A DNA stretch of 64,000 nucleotides from Bacillota bacterium (GTDB lineage Bacteria; Bacillota; Clostridia; Monoglobales; Firm-18). The notes beneath the pieces were generated by a model. The model was not told where the DNA came from, did no database searches, and saw nothing but the letters and a program-made list of their open reading frames with translations. The stretch covers positions 10,291 through 74,290 of the forward strand of contig JAKJBX010000003.1 in the NCBI GenBank assembly GCA_022706765.1. The letters run 5' to 3'. The position numbers were made by a program, and so were the translations under genes. Below are positions 39,183 to 48,452 of the stretch, one piece after another (positions within the stretch are counted from its first letter, which is position 1; every line of letters starts with the position of its first letter).

Positions 39183-41240
39183 ATGAGGCAATTTACCATG
39201 GACAGGATCAGGAATGTGTGCCTGTTGGGGCACGGCGGCTCGGGTAAAACTTCTCTTGCTGAGGCGATGCTGAAATTCGTCGGTGTGACCGACCGTTTGG
39301 GAAAAGTGGCGGATGGCACGACGGTAACGGATTTTGATCCCGAGGAAATCAAGCGTTCCATCTCGGTTAATACTGCAATAGCATCCTTTGAGTGGCAAAA
39401 CAGCAAATACAATATCATTGACACGCCGGGATATTTCGACTTTGTGGGCGAAGTCATCGAAGGCGTCCGTGTCGCAGATGCGGCGGTAATCGTTTTGAGC
39501 GGAAAATCAGGTCTTTCGGTCGGTGCGGAAAAGGCATGGGATTATTGCCTGGCGCGCAAGCTTCCGAGGATCATGTTCGTAAATAAAATTGATGATGAAC
39601 GGGCAAATTTTCAAAAGGTCATCGACGACCTGCGAAATAAATACGGAAAAATCGTTGCACCGTTTCAGGTGCCTGTTATAAAAGACGACAAGATTATCGG
39701 GTTTGTGGACGTGATCGAAATGCGTGCCAAACTGTTTCAGGACGGACCGCTGCTCGACGCCGACATCCCCGACGATATGCAGGATGACGTTGCATCTGTG
39801 CGTGAGATGATTTTGGAATCGGTTGCCGAAACCGACGAGGCGCTGATGGAAAAATATTTTGCGGGCGAGGAATTCACGCTCCAAGAAATTCATAAGGCGC
39901 TGCGTGCAGGCATCGAGAACAATGAGATCGTGCCCGTGCTTTGCGGAAGCGCGGCAGGCAACAAGGGCATCGGTGTGCTGCTCGAAGCCATCGCCGAATA
40001 CCTGCCGTCACCCGATGAAATGCCGGATGAAATCTCGGCAAAGGGAGACAAAATCAAGCCTGATGCCGCAGGTCCGCTTGCCGCATTGGTGTTTAAGACG
40101 GTCGCCGACCCCTATGTCGGTAAGCTGTCGTATTTCCGTGTCTATTCGGGCGAGTTAAAGCCCGACGTGACCGTGACAAATTCAAGGACCGGCGCCACCG
40201 AGAAAATCGGCAAGGTGTATTACTTATTCGGTAAAAAGCAAATCGAAACGGATAAGGTATCGGCGGGTGACATCGGCGCCGTGCCGAAGCTCAGCGGTAC
40301 CGTTACGGGCGATACGCTGTGTAAGCAGGGGGCGGACATTTCGCTAACCGGTATGGACTTCCCCAAGCCGAACCTGACGCTTGCCATCACCCCGACGGCA
40401 AAGGGCGACGAAGAAAAAATCAATTCCGGTCTGCAAAGACTGAACGAAGAAGATCCGACCTTTAAAATCGGCAGCAACCACGAAACACACCAAATGCTCA
40501 TCAGCGGGCTTGGCGAGCTGCATATAGACGTCATCACCAGCAAACTGAAAGCAAAATTCGGTGTTTCGGTCGACCTCATCGAGCCGAAGGTGCCGTATCG
40601 TGAAACTATCCGCAAAAAAGTACGGGTAGAGGGTAAGCATAAAAAGCAGTCCGGCGGACACGGACAGTACGGGCACGTTTGGATCGAGTTTGAGCCGGGC
40701 GAGAACGAGGGGCTGACCTTTGAAGAAAAGGTCGTCGGCGGCGTCGTGCCGAAGAATTACTTCCCCGCTGTTGAAAAGGGTTTGCAGGAATGTATCCTGC
40801 ACGGCGTACTTGCGGGCTATCCCGTGGTGAACCTCAAAGCTACGCTGGTGGACGGCTCATACCATCCCGTCGATTCTTCCGAAATGGCGTTCAAGGTGGC
40901 GGCGTCGCTTGCCTACAAAAAGGGCATGGAGGATGCGACCTCCATACTGCTTGAACCCATCGGACGGCTGGAAGTGACGGTGCCGTCGTCGAATATGGGC
41001 GACATCATCGGAGACATCAACAAACGCCGTGGCAGGGTATTGGGTATGAACCCCGTCGGCGGGGGCTTGGAACAGGTCGTTGCCGAGGTACCGATGGCAG
41101 AGATACATAAGTACGCCACGGATTTGCGTTCGATGACCCAGGCAAGGGGCAGCTTTACGGCAGAATTCGTACGCTATGAGGAGGCGCCTCCTAACGTGGC
41201 GCAAAAGGTCATTGAGGAAGCCAAAAAAGAAGAAAAATAA
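39183..41240 (+). CDS. elongation factor G paralog (EF-G2-like translational GTPase)
   Basis: G1 GHGGSGKT (as in Thermus EF-G2 GHAGSGKT), DTPGYFDF, NKIDD; domains II-V present. ATG 39183 is 10 nt after GAGGAGG. Confidence 0.85.
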   Translation: MRQFTMDRIRNVCLLGHGGSGKTSLAEAMLKFVGVTDRLGKVADGTTVTDFDPEEIKRSISVNTAIASFEWQNSKYNIIDTPGYFDFVGEVIEGVRVADAAVIVLSGKSGLSVGAEKAWDYCLARKLPRIMFVNKIDDERANFQKVIDDLRNKYGKIVAPFQVPVIKDDKIIGFVDVIEMRAKLFQDGPLLDADIPDDMQDDVASVREMILESVAETDEALMEKYFAGEEFTLQEIHKALRAGIENNEIVPVLCGSAAGNKGIGVLLEAIAEYLPSPDEMPDEISAKGDKIKPDAAGPLAALVFKTVADPYVGKLSYFRVYSGELKPDVTVTNSRTGATEKIGKVYYLFGKKQIETDKVSAGDIGAVPKLSGTVTGDTLCKQGADISLTGMDFPKPNLTLAITPTAKGDEEKINSGLQRLNEEDPTFKIGSNHETHQMLISGLGELHIDVITSKLKAKFGVSVDLIEPKVPYRETIRKKVRVEGKHKKQSGGHGQYGHVWIEFEPGENEGLTFEEKVVGGVVPKNYFPAVEKGLQECILHGVLAGYPVVNLKATLVDGSYHPVDSSEMAFKVAASLAYKKGMEDATSILLEPIGRLEVTVPSSNMGDIIGDINKRRGRVLGMNPVGGGLEQVVAEVPMAEIHKYATDLRSMTQARGSFTAEFVRYEEAPPNVAQKVIEEAKKEEK

Positions 41241-41250
41241 AAAACGTTGC

Positions 41251-41280
41251 GGGCATCCTTCATCCGAAGGATGCCCGTTT
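41251..41280 (+). terminator. rho-independent terminator
   Basis: GGGCATCCTTC-ATCC-GAAGGATGCCC then GTTTG. Confidence 0.7.
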
Positions 41281-41303
41281 GAAAATAGAAGGGAAGGATA
41301 CAA

Positions 41304-41840
41304 ATGAAGTATATTGCGCTGCTTAGGGGAATTAATGTCGGCGGCAAAAACAAGGTGCCAATGAGGGACTTAAAGACATGCTTTGAACAGGCTGGCTTTG
41401 AGAATGTATCCACATACATCAACAGCGGCAACGTTTTGTTTGACACGGCGCAACCGGACACAGATGCAATTGCCGCTTTGTGTGAGAAAATCGTTGAGCA
41501 GTGGTTCGGCTTTCCTGTTCGCACAGCAGTGATTAGCGCAGAGGAATTAAAAGACACGCTGGAAAACGCCCCTGAGTGGTGGGGGATGGTGCCGGACGTC
41601 AAACACAATGCGCTTTTTTGTCTTGCGCCGTATTCTTCTGCCGAAATTATGGCGGAGGTAGGAGTAACTAAGCCGGAGTATGAGCAGGTCGCCGCATATG
41701 GCAGCGTGATATTTTGGTCGGCGCCCGTTAAGACTTTTTCACAGACAAGATGGTCAAAAATCGTCGGCACTAAGGTCTACCGACATGTCACCATACGCAA
41801 CGCCAATACAGCTATGCGGCTGCTTGAGCTTTCCGGGTAA
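41304..41840 (+). CDS. DUF1697 domain protein
   Basis: MKYIALLRGINVGGKNKVPMRDLK is the characteristic DUF1697 N-terminus. Confidence 0.75.
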   Translation: MKYIALLRGINVGGKNKVPMRDLKTCFEQAGFENVSTYINSGNVLFDTAQPDTDAIAALCEKIVEQWFGFPVRTAVISAEELKDTLENAPEWWGMVPDVKHNALFCLAPYSSAEIMAEVGVTKPEYEQVAAYGSVIFWSAPVKTFSQTRWSKIVGTKVYRHVTIRNANTAMRLLELSG

Positions 41841-41867
41841 AATACAAAGGTTCGCTTTATTACTATA

Positions 41868-42878
41868 TTAATCCGCATAGTCTAAACAGAAAAAAACATC
41901 TGCAGCTTGAAGCTCTTGGGTTCCGTTCACAATTGCAGTAACGTCTTTTATTTTAAACCACCCTGTTTGTCCGTCTGATAGCGTGACCTGTATCCATTCT
42001 ATGTCATCCAAAGCTGTAAAACGCACGATGGTACCTTTTTGCATTATTATTGTCGAACTTTTATCATCTCTTTGCAAATACAGCGGTATTTCGTTAAGGA
42101 CAAACACCTTATAATCAACTTTGAATATCTCCGGCTCAACCTGTAATAAATGCCCCTCCGTAAGCTTATATTTTATAGAATACCACCATGTTTGCAATAT
42201 TGACGCACGCTGTTTTGCCGTTATGATTCCGCTGCCATTGCATTCTATATACGAAAACAATCCTCCGATTTTATCGTCGTTCCATGGCTTCATGACCTCG
42301 GATACAGGACGGTTTTGATTCGCTCCTTCGTTCATGAAAACGATTTTCTTGCCGTCATAATGGTAATAGATCGTATAATCATCATTGCTTGGACCATAAT
42401 CACTAATGGCAACTTCTTTATATTTGTCATTTGTATCAATGTCAACAATAGCAAAATGATCAACCAAATTTGTAAACCCGCTATATTCAGTCTCTAAATC
42501 ATTGATTCTTAGCTTGACGCCTGATTCGGTAGTGGTTACCATGATGGTTTCCAAACGGTCATCGCCGTCTAAATCAGCCTCTATTTTTTGATTGAGGGGA
42601 TATTGCGCATAGTTAGGCACAGCGATTGGGGTGTTGTTAACGACCGTATGTTTTTCGATATAATAATCCAGTAATGTTGCGTTATACTTCTCATTCGGAA
42701 GTATTTCGGAAAGGGTTTTGCCGCTGTATAGTTCTTCCCGTAAGCTTTCCAACCGGTCCATATCCATATCATAGAGTGATTTTTCATCTAAAAGAAGAAC
42801 ATCTTCCGTTTTATTTAATGAACATGCCGTAACCATGAAGATGCATACAATAATCAATATTAAAAATAACTTTCTCAT
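41868..42878 (-). CDS. hypothetical lipoprotein, low-GC gene; possible C-terminal SH3-like domain
   Basis: Signal/lipobox MRKLFLILIIVCIFMVTAC. Visibly AT-rich compared with neighbours. DLDGDDRLETI and WIQVTLSDGQTGWFKIKD segments. Confidence 0.6.
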   Translation of the reverse strand: MRKLFLILIIVCIFMVTACSLNKTEDVLLLDEKSLYDMDMDRLESLREELYSGKTLSEILPNEKYNATLLDYYIEKHTVVNNTPIAVPNYAQYPLNQKIEADLDGDDRLETIMVTTTESGVKLRINDLETEYSGFTNLVDHFAIVDIDTNDKYKEVAISDYGPSNDDYTIYYHYDGKKIVFMNEGANQNRPVSEVMKPWNDDKIGGLFSYIECNGSGIITAKQRASILQTWWYSIKYKLTEGHLLQVEPEIFKVDYKVFVLNEIPLYLQRDDKSSTIIMQKGTIVRFTALDDIEWIQVTLSDGQTGWFKIKDVTAIVNGTQELQAADVFFCLDYAD

Positions 42879-43165
42879 ATCCTCACCCCGCCCTCATTAT
42901 AGCAAAATATTGTTATAAAATCAAGCCGAGGTTTTACGACACATAAAGAGCCTGTGTTCACAAAGGCTTAGTGAATGCGAATGTGCCTTTGCGCGGAAAA
43001 GGAGGATCAAGGCAGCGGGTGGATGTTTTTGTGCAACGAAAACGAAGCAAAGCGAACTTTGCTCCGAAGTGGTGTGAATACTTATAAGGGGCATAATCAT
43101 TTTGTTTCGGGTAATAAAAATCGCCCATAGAAGAAACTATGAGCGAAAGAGACGGACCATGTCCG

Positions 43166-43250
43166 TGGTACCGGTGGTCGGACTCGAACCGACATGGGTC
43201 GCCCCGACGGATTTTGAATCCGTTGCGTCTGCCAATTTCACCACACCGGC
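43166..43250 (-). tRNA. tRNA-Leu (anticodon CAA), CCA encoded
   Basis: Reverse complement GCCGGTGTGGTGAAATTGGCAGACGCAACGGATTCAAAATCCGTCGGGGCGACCCATGTCGGTTCGAGTCCGACCACCGGTACCA. Anticodon stem ACGGA/TCCGT with loop TTCAAAA, long variable arm, GTTCGAGTC T-loop; G1.U72 wobble noted. Confidence 0.9.
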
Positions 43251-43339
43251 ATAAACAGTGACAAGCGATATTATAATACAGATCCGAAAAAAAAGCAATA
43301 CCTTAATGTCAAAATATTTTAGGAATTTGTCCGCCGTGT

Positions 43340-43368
43340 TTGACGTATCGGATGCTTGGTGCTATAAT
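43340..43368 (+). promoter_or_regulatory. sigma-A promoter of lipBA
   Basis: TTGACG-17 nt-TATAAT. Confidence 0.5.
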
Positions 43369-43400
43369 GTTGTTATCGATCACAAACGGGAGATTTTGCA

Positions 43401-44093
43401 ATGAACATTATAAAGCTTGGGTTAATGGACTATGAAAAAGCGCTGTCGATACAGGAGCGCCTGCTTGCGCTGCGCCAGCAGGATAAGATTTCCGATACCC
43501 TGCTGATCATAGAGCATCCGCCAGTCCTGACCGTCGGAAGAAGCGGCAGCTATGACAATATCTTAGCATCAAAACAGTTCTTTGCCGATAACGGCATTGC
43601 GGTCTATGACGTCAGCAGGGGCGGCGACGTAACCTATCACGGACCGGGGCAGATCGTCGGCTATCCCATCATGGACCTCAAAAACCGCGGCAGCGACGTT
43701 CATCAGTTTGTCGTGAATATTCAGGAGACCATCATCCGCCTGCTGCAAACGGAATACGGCGTTCCCGCCTGCCGTGAGCACAAGAAATACACCGGCGTGT
43801 GGGTCGGGGATGAGAAGATCACTGCCATCGGCATCTCCGTCAAAAGGGGCGTGACGATGCACGGCTTTGCGTTTAACGTCAACACCGACCTATCCCATTA
43901 TGGCTGGATAAACCCCTGCGGCATCACCGACAAGGGGGTCACCTCCCTACAAAAGGTGTTGGGGAAGCCGCTGGATTTTGATAGGGTCGCCGATTTGGTC
44001 GTCCGGTATTTTTGTGAGGTGTTTGATGAAACGCCGGAGCCAAAACAACTTAGTGAACTGATAAGGGAGGATGACCATGCAACGCAAGCCTGA
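43401..44093 (+). CDS. lipB: lipoyl(octanoyl) transferase
   Basis: 230 aa; [30 protein letters not shown], and [22 protein letters not shown] motifs. Confidence 0.9.
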   Translation: MNIIKLGLMDYEKALSIQERLLALRQQDKISDTLLIIEHPPVLTVGRSGSYDNILASKQFFADNGIAVYDVSRGGDVTYHGPGQIVGYPIMDLKNRGSDVHQFVVNIQETIIRLLQTEYGVPACREHKKYTGVWVGDEKITAIGISVKRGVTMHGFAFNVNTDLSHYGWINPCGITDKGVTSLQKVLGKPLDFDRVADLVVRYFCEVFDETPEPKQLSELIREDDHATQA

Positions 44094-44937
44094 ATGGCTC
44101 AAAGTCAAGACGTCGGCAAGCGAAAAGCGTCAGGCAGTGGAAACGCTGCTGCAAAAGCTGACACTCAGCACCGTGTGCAGCGAGGCAAGCTGCCCGAATA
44201 TCTGTGAGTGTTTCGGCAGGGGCACGGCGACCTTTATGATTTTGGGGCGGGAATGCACCAGAAACTGTACCTTTTGCTGTGTCGGGCGGGAAACGCCCCG
44301 ACCACTTGACCCTGACGAGCCTAAGAATGTCGCAAAAGCCACAGCCGAGCTCGGTCTGCGGCATGTGGTGGTGACCTCCGTTACCCGGGACGACCTGCCT
44401 GACGGCGGCGCCGGGCACTTTGCCGAAACCATCCGGCAAATCCGCTCAGCATGTCCCGATACCGTCGTCGAGGTGCTGATCCCCGACTTTAAGGGCGACG
44501 GCGCTGCGCTGCGCACCGTCACGGATGCTGCGCCCGACATTGTCAACCATAACGTCGAAACGGTCAAAAGGCTGTACCCTGAGGTGCGCCCCATGGCGGT
44601 GTATGAGCGATCGCTTGACCTTTTGGCGCATGTCAAAAAAAATGCGCCCAATATCTATACCAAATCGGGCGTCATGGTCGGTTTGGGCGAAACGGAGGAG
44701 GAAGTGGTTGAGGTGATGCGTGATCTGCGCAGCGTCGGCTGCGACATCCTGACCGTCGGTCAATACCTTGCGCCGTCCAAACAGCACCATCCCGTGGTCG
44801 AATATGTACACCCTGATGTGTTTGCCAGCTATAAAGAAACAGCCGAGCGGCTGGGTTTTTCCTATGTGGCGTCCGCCCCGCTTGTGCGAAGCTCCTATAA
44901 CGCCGACCGGGCAAATGCCGCATTGCGTATATTATAG
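44077..44937 (+). CDS. lipA: lipoyl synthase (radical SAM)
   Basis: ATG 44077 is 7 nt after [18 protein letters not shown] and CTRNCTFC cluster motifs; overlaps lipB end. Confidence 0.95.
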   Translation: MQRKPEWLKVKTSASEKRQAVETLLQKLTLSTVCSEASCPNICECFGRGTATFMILGRECTRNCTFCCVGRETPRPLDPDEPKNVAKATAELGLRHVVVTSVTRDDLPDGGAGHFAETIRQIRSACPDTVVEVLIPDFKGDGAALRTVTDAAPDIVNHNVETVKRLYPEVRPMAVYERSLDLLAHVKKNAPNIYTKSGVMVGLGETEEEVVEVMRDLRSVGCDILTVGQYLAPSKQHHPVVEYVHPDVFASYKETAERLGFSYVASAPLVRSSYNADRANAALRIL

Positions 44938-44950
44938 GGGAGGGGTATGA

Positions 44951-45733
44951 ATGTTCAATAAACACTCGCAATACCTGTTCTTTCTCATAACGGTCATGCT
45001 TGCGCTGACAGGGTGCGCCGCGACAAAAACGGCTCAACCGTCGACTGTAACCTATGATTTGGAATGGGCAAAGGCACAATTTGCACTAAGCGGCTTTGAA
45101 CCGACTGAGATCAAGCCGATCCTGTACACGGAAAAAAGACCAATCCTCATTGACATGAATGCATTTGAATTCACGCTGCATGGGTACAGCGGCATAGAGG
45201 ACACCGGCAAATCGAACAGCTATCTGCCGGAATTCAATATGATTTACGCCATGGAGATCAAAGAAATCGGCGGCGATTATTATCAGAAAATCGACGTGTT
45301 GTCCACGATGGTCAACGCCTACCGTGCAGGCTATGGGCTGATTTTTGAGGACTGGAATAAAGACGGTTTTACCGATATACAGCTGCACAAATATGAAGGC
45401 GGTTCGATGGGAAACGCACCGTCGCTGTTTTGGCTTTGGGACGCCGGAAAGAAGATGTTTGTTGGGAATAAGCAATTGGAAGAAATCAGCGAATATTCTT
45501 CTGTGTATATTAAACGGGAAGAAAACAATCTTGTCAGAAGCTTTACGAAAACAGGCGCCGATGGATACTGTTTGGTATACTATAACTATATAGGCGGCGA
45601 GTTTGTTATGGTGGAGAAGGAGGAGCAGTATGCCGAAGGTATTGGGGATGTCACATACATCATCCATAGAGTATCTAAGCTGATTGACGGCGAAATGAAG
45701 GTCGTCAGTGAAACAAAAACAAAAGCTGAATAA
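44951..45733 (+). CDS. hypothetical lipoprotein
   Basis: Lipobox LALTGC; NKDGFTD FG-GAP/VCBS-like segment; no family recognised. Confidence 0.6.
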   Translation: MFNKHSQYLFFLITVMLALTGCAATKTAQPSTVTYDLEWAKAQFALSGFEPTEIKPILYTEKRPILIDMNAFEFTLHGYSGIEDTGKSNSYLPEFNMIYAMEIKEIGGDYYQKIDVLSTMVNAYRAGYGLIFEDWNKDGFTDIQLHKYEGGSMGNAPSLFWLWDAGKKMFVGNKQLEEISEYSSVYIKREENNLVRSFTKTGADGYCLVYYNYIGGEFVMVEKEEQYAEGIGDVTYIIHRVSKLIDGEMKVVSETKTKAE

Positions 45734-45770
45734 CCCCTATATAAAGGTATTTACCTTTATATAGGGGTTA
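45731..45770. terminator. 19-bp perfect palindrome between convergent genes (bidirectional terminator candidate)
   Basis: TAACCCCTATATAAAGGTA-TT-TACCTTTATATAGGGGTTA. Left arm begins with the TAA stop of the + gene; no U-tract. Confidence 0.55.
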
Positions 45771-45777
45771 AGTACAT

Positions 45778-47019
45778 CTATTTGATTTTTCTCGCCTCAA
45801 GGTAAAAACGTTTGTCGGCAGCCTCACCCATTGAGAAGGTCTTTCTCGGCAGCACGCCGTCCGACACCACTGAGGGGAAAAGCTCCGATTTTTGCATCGC
45901 CGGCAGGAAGAACCCCATATTGCCCGCTTCGGCTGACAGCGCCTCGACGACGTCGTCACCGTGTATGTAGTCGATTTTACAACTCTTTTTGGCGACGTAG
46001 TCATCAAGGAAGTGTTGCAGCGTGCCGAGCGGCAGGGTATATGGCGGATTTTTCACGAACACCTCGCCCTGTTTGCCGCCGAATGTATAGGTGATGCGCT
46101 GACCCTCGCTATCGGATACGTTATAGAAATTCGCAAGCGCATCCAAGACATCCTTAGGGTCGACGCCGAACAGCACCCTGTGGATCGGCTCGAATTCGAG
46201 CGATTCGTCATGGATGTTGACCATTTCGGCAAGGGCGTAGCGTGCGGGATGCGACTTGATTTCATTTGGTGACAGCTGTTTTTTTGTCAGCTCCCAGCAT
46301 TCCTTGGCGGTCGCCAGCGAGTGGTTGCCGTCGCCGACCGCAAACAGCAGATCGCTCTTTGCGCGCAGCTTTTCAAGACCCTTTGCGATCCCGTCCGCGT
46401 CTGATTTTGGAACGAGATAGCCTTTGATGTGTCCGCCGCCCTGCATCAGCTCAAAGTCGTAAACTGCTTCGAGCTGCGCTTTTTTGTCCGCATACGGCTC
46501 GATGGCGCTTTGTTCGGGGTCATCGATCAGTAGCATGATGTGCGGCAGCTCGACGGGTGCGTCAATGCGTACCTTGATGCGCGGCGGGATGCGCTCGACA
46601 ACGGTCTTTTCCGTCGCCCGAACCAACGATTTGGCGGCGCTGGTATAATCGTACGCTTCGAGGTCCACCATGCCGATGACGCCCTTTCTGACCTTGCCGT
46701 TTGCCAGCGTGCGTTCGACATAGACAAAGGCATCCTTTTGCGTTCGGAAAATACCGCTTTCTAAATACGCAGCCATTGTTTGGTTGATTTTCAAAATCCG
46801 TACGTGGTAGTCGTCGTCCTCTAAGTAAATCTCGGGGAACACAACGCCCAGCGACGACGGCGCATCCCCAACAAATGCTTCGACCTGTTTCCAGTACTGA
46901 GGCTGCGAGGTGTACTGGTCGCAGGCGACGACGCTCCATTTGGTCATATCAAGCCCTTCGGGGATCAAAATATCGGCGGGCAAAAAGGCGGTCTTTTCAA
47001 AGCTGCTCAACATATTCAC
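45778..47019 (-). CDS. DUF1015 family protein
   Basis: 413 aa; GDGNHSLATAKECW and overall layout recalled from DUF1015; TAGGAGTG SD. Confidence 0.7.
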   Translation of the reverse strand: MNMLSSFEKTAFLPADILIPEGLDMTKWSVVACDQYTSQPQYWKQVEAFVGDAPSSLGVVFPEIYLEDDDYHVRILKINQTMAAYLESGIFRTQKDAFVYVERTLANGKVRKGVIGMVDLEAYDYTSAAKSLVRATEKTVVERIPPRIKVRIDAPVELPHIMLLIDDPEQSAIEPYADKKAQLEAVYDFELMQGGGHIKGYLVPKSDADGIAKGLEKLRAKSDLLFAVGDGNHSLATAKECWELTKKQLSPNEIKSHPARYALAEMVNIHDESLEFEPIHRVLFGVDPKDVLDALANFYNVSDSEGQRITYTFGGKQGEVFVKNPPYTLPLGTLQHFLDDYVAKKSCKIDYIHGDDVVEALSAEAGNMGFFLPAMQKSELFPSVVSDGVLPRKTFSMGEAADKRFYLEARKIK

Positions 47020-47156
47020 TCCTAATTTTTAAAGTTGTATTTTATTATATCACATAAAATTTTGATTTCAATTATTTTATTAAAATAAGGGGTTTATTTT
47101 TTCGCCAATCTGCTGTATAATGTAAATTGAGTAAAATTGTGCATAGGAGATATAAC

Positions 47157-47567
47157 ATGACGCGACGTGAAGCAAGGGATACCGCATTTAAACTGCTGTA
47201 TCAGATTGAGATGCAAAAGGAAACAGCCGAGCATATATTCGAAATATTCTATATGGAAAGCACACTTCCCGACAAGGTCAAAGCATATGTCGAGGACGTG
47301 GTTTTCGGTGTGTTCGCCAACAAGGCGGACATCGACGCCATCATCGCCAAGCTGCTCGAAGGCTGGAAGCTCTCCCGTATTTCCAAAATCTCGCTGAGCC
47401 TTCTTCGGCTGTCACTCTATGAGATGAAATTTCGCACCGACATCCCCGAAAGCGTCTCCATCAACGAAGCCGTGTCCTTTGCCAAGGCGTATGAAAGCGC
47501 TGAGGCGGCAAGCTTTGTCAACGGTGTGCTGGCGTCCTTCGTCAAATTTAAAGAGGCGCAAAAGTAA
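47157..47567 (+). CDS. nusB: transcription antitermination factor NusB
   Basis: MTRREARDTAFKLLYQ...INEAVSFAKAYES..FVNGVL. Start moved to ATG 47157. Confidence 0.9.
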   Translation: MTRREARDTAFKLLYQIEMQKETAEHIFEIFYMESTLPDKVKAYVEDVVFGVFANKADIDAIIAKLLEGWKLSRISKISLSLLRLSLYEMKFRTDIPESVSINEAVSFAKAYESAEAASFVNGVLASFVKFKEAQK

Positions 47568-48451
47568 TGCATATCGGTATTGATACAAGCTGCTACACAA
47601 CCTCTGTCGCAGCGGTCAGCGGCAGCAAAATCGTGTTCGACAAGCGGATCATGCTGGACGTGCCGGACGGCGCCCGAGGACTTCGGCAAAGCGACGCCGT
47701 ATTTTTGCACACACGCAATCTTGCCGAGATTTTTTCTCAAATCGACGTTTCACAGTGCACAGCCGTCGGCGTATCGTCAAAGCCGAGGGATGTCGAAGGC
47801 TCATATATGCCGGTGTTTTTGCCGGGTGTCGCCGCCGCAAGGGCGGTATCCTCCGCAAGGGGCTGTCCGCTGTATGAATTTTCTCACCAGCAGGGGCATA
47901 TCATGGCGGGTCTGTATTCCGCAAATGTTCCGCACTGGCGGGATGTGCCGTTTTTGTCGCTGCATATATCCGGCGGCACAACCGAGCTTTTGTATACCGA
48001 CTGCGGACAGACCCGCATCGTCGGCAAAACGCTTGACATCGCGGCCGGACAGTTAATTGACCGCGTCGGCGTGGCGCTGGGATTGGGTTTCCCTTGCGGC
48101 AAGGCGCTTGAAGCCCTTGCGGACGGCAAGACGGAGGATATTAGGCTGCCCGTCAGCGTCAAGGGGTGCGACGTCAATTTTTCCGGTGCGGAGACCAAGG
48201 CGCAAAGCCAAAGCACATCCCCCGAGAACCTTGCGGCTGCGGTGCTCGGCTGTGTCGCCGAAAGCCTGTACCGGATGATTGGCAATGCTGTCAACCGGTT
48301 CGGGACGGACAGGGTGCTCATCGTCGGCGGCGTTGCCGCCAACAAACAGATAAGGCAAAGGATAGGCGGTATGGCGGTGTTTGCAAGCCCCGAACTGTCT
48401 ACGGACAATGCGGTGGGGACCGCGCTGCTTGCCGCTGAAAGGAACGGATAA
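47567..48451 (+). CDS. short Kae1/TsaD-like (glycoprotease/ASKHA) family protein
   Basis: MHIGIDTSCYTTSVA, SHQQGHI (compare HMEGH of TsaD), VGGVAAN; 294 aa; TAATG coupling to nusB. Confidence 0.5.
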   Translation: MHIGIDTSCYTTSVAAVSGSKIVFDKRIMLDVPDGARGLRQSDAVFLHTRNLAEIFSQIDVSQCTAVGVSSKPRDVEGSYMPVFLPGVAAARAVSSARGCPLYEFSHQQGHIMAGLYSANVPHWRDVPFLSLHISGGTTELLYTDCGQTRIVGKTLDIAAGQLIDRVGVALGLGFPCGKALEALADGKTEDIRLPVSVKGCDVNFSGAETKAQSQSTSPENLAAAVLGCVAESLYRMIGNAVNRFGTDRVLIVGGVAANKQIRQRIGGMAVFASPELSTDNAVGTALLAAERNG

Positions 48452-48452
48452 T

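Noticed and set aside
41841-43400. Genomic island with att sites at tRNA-Leu.
   Set aside because: No integrase and no direct repeat of the tRNA 3' end were found by eye in the flanks. Only the compositional anomaly is reported.
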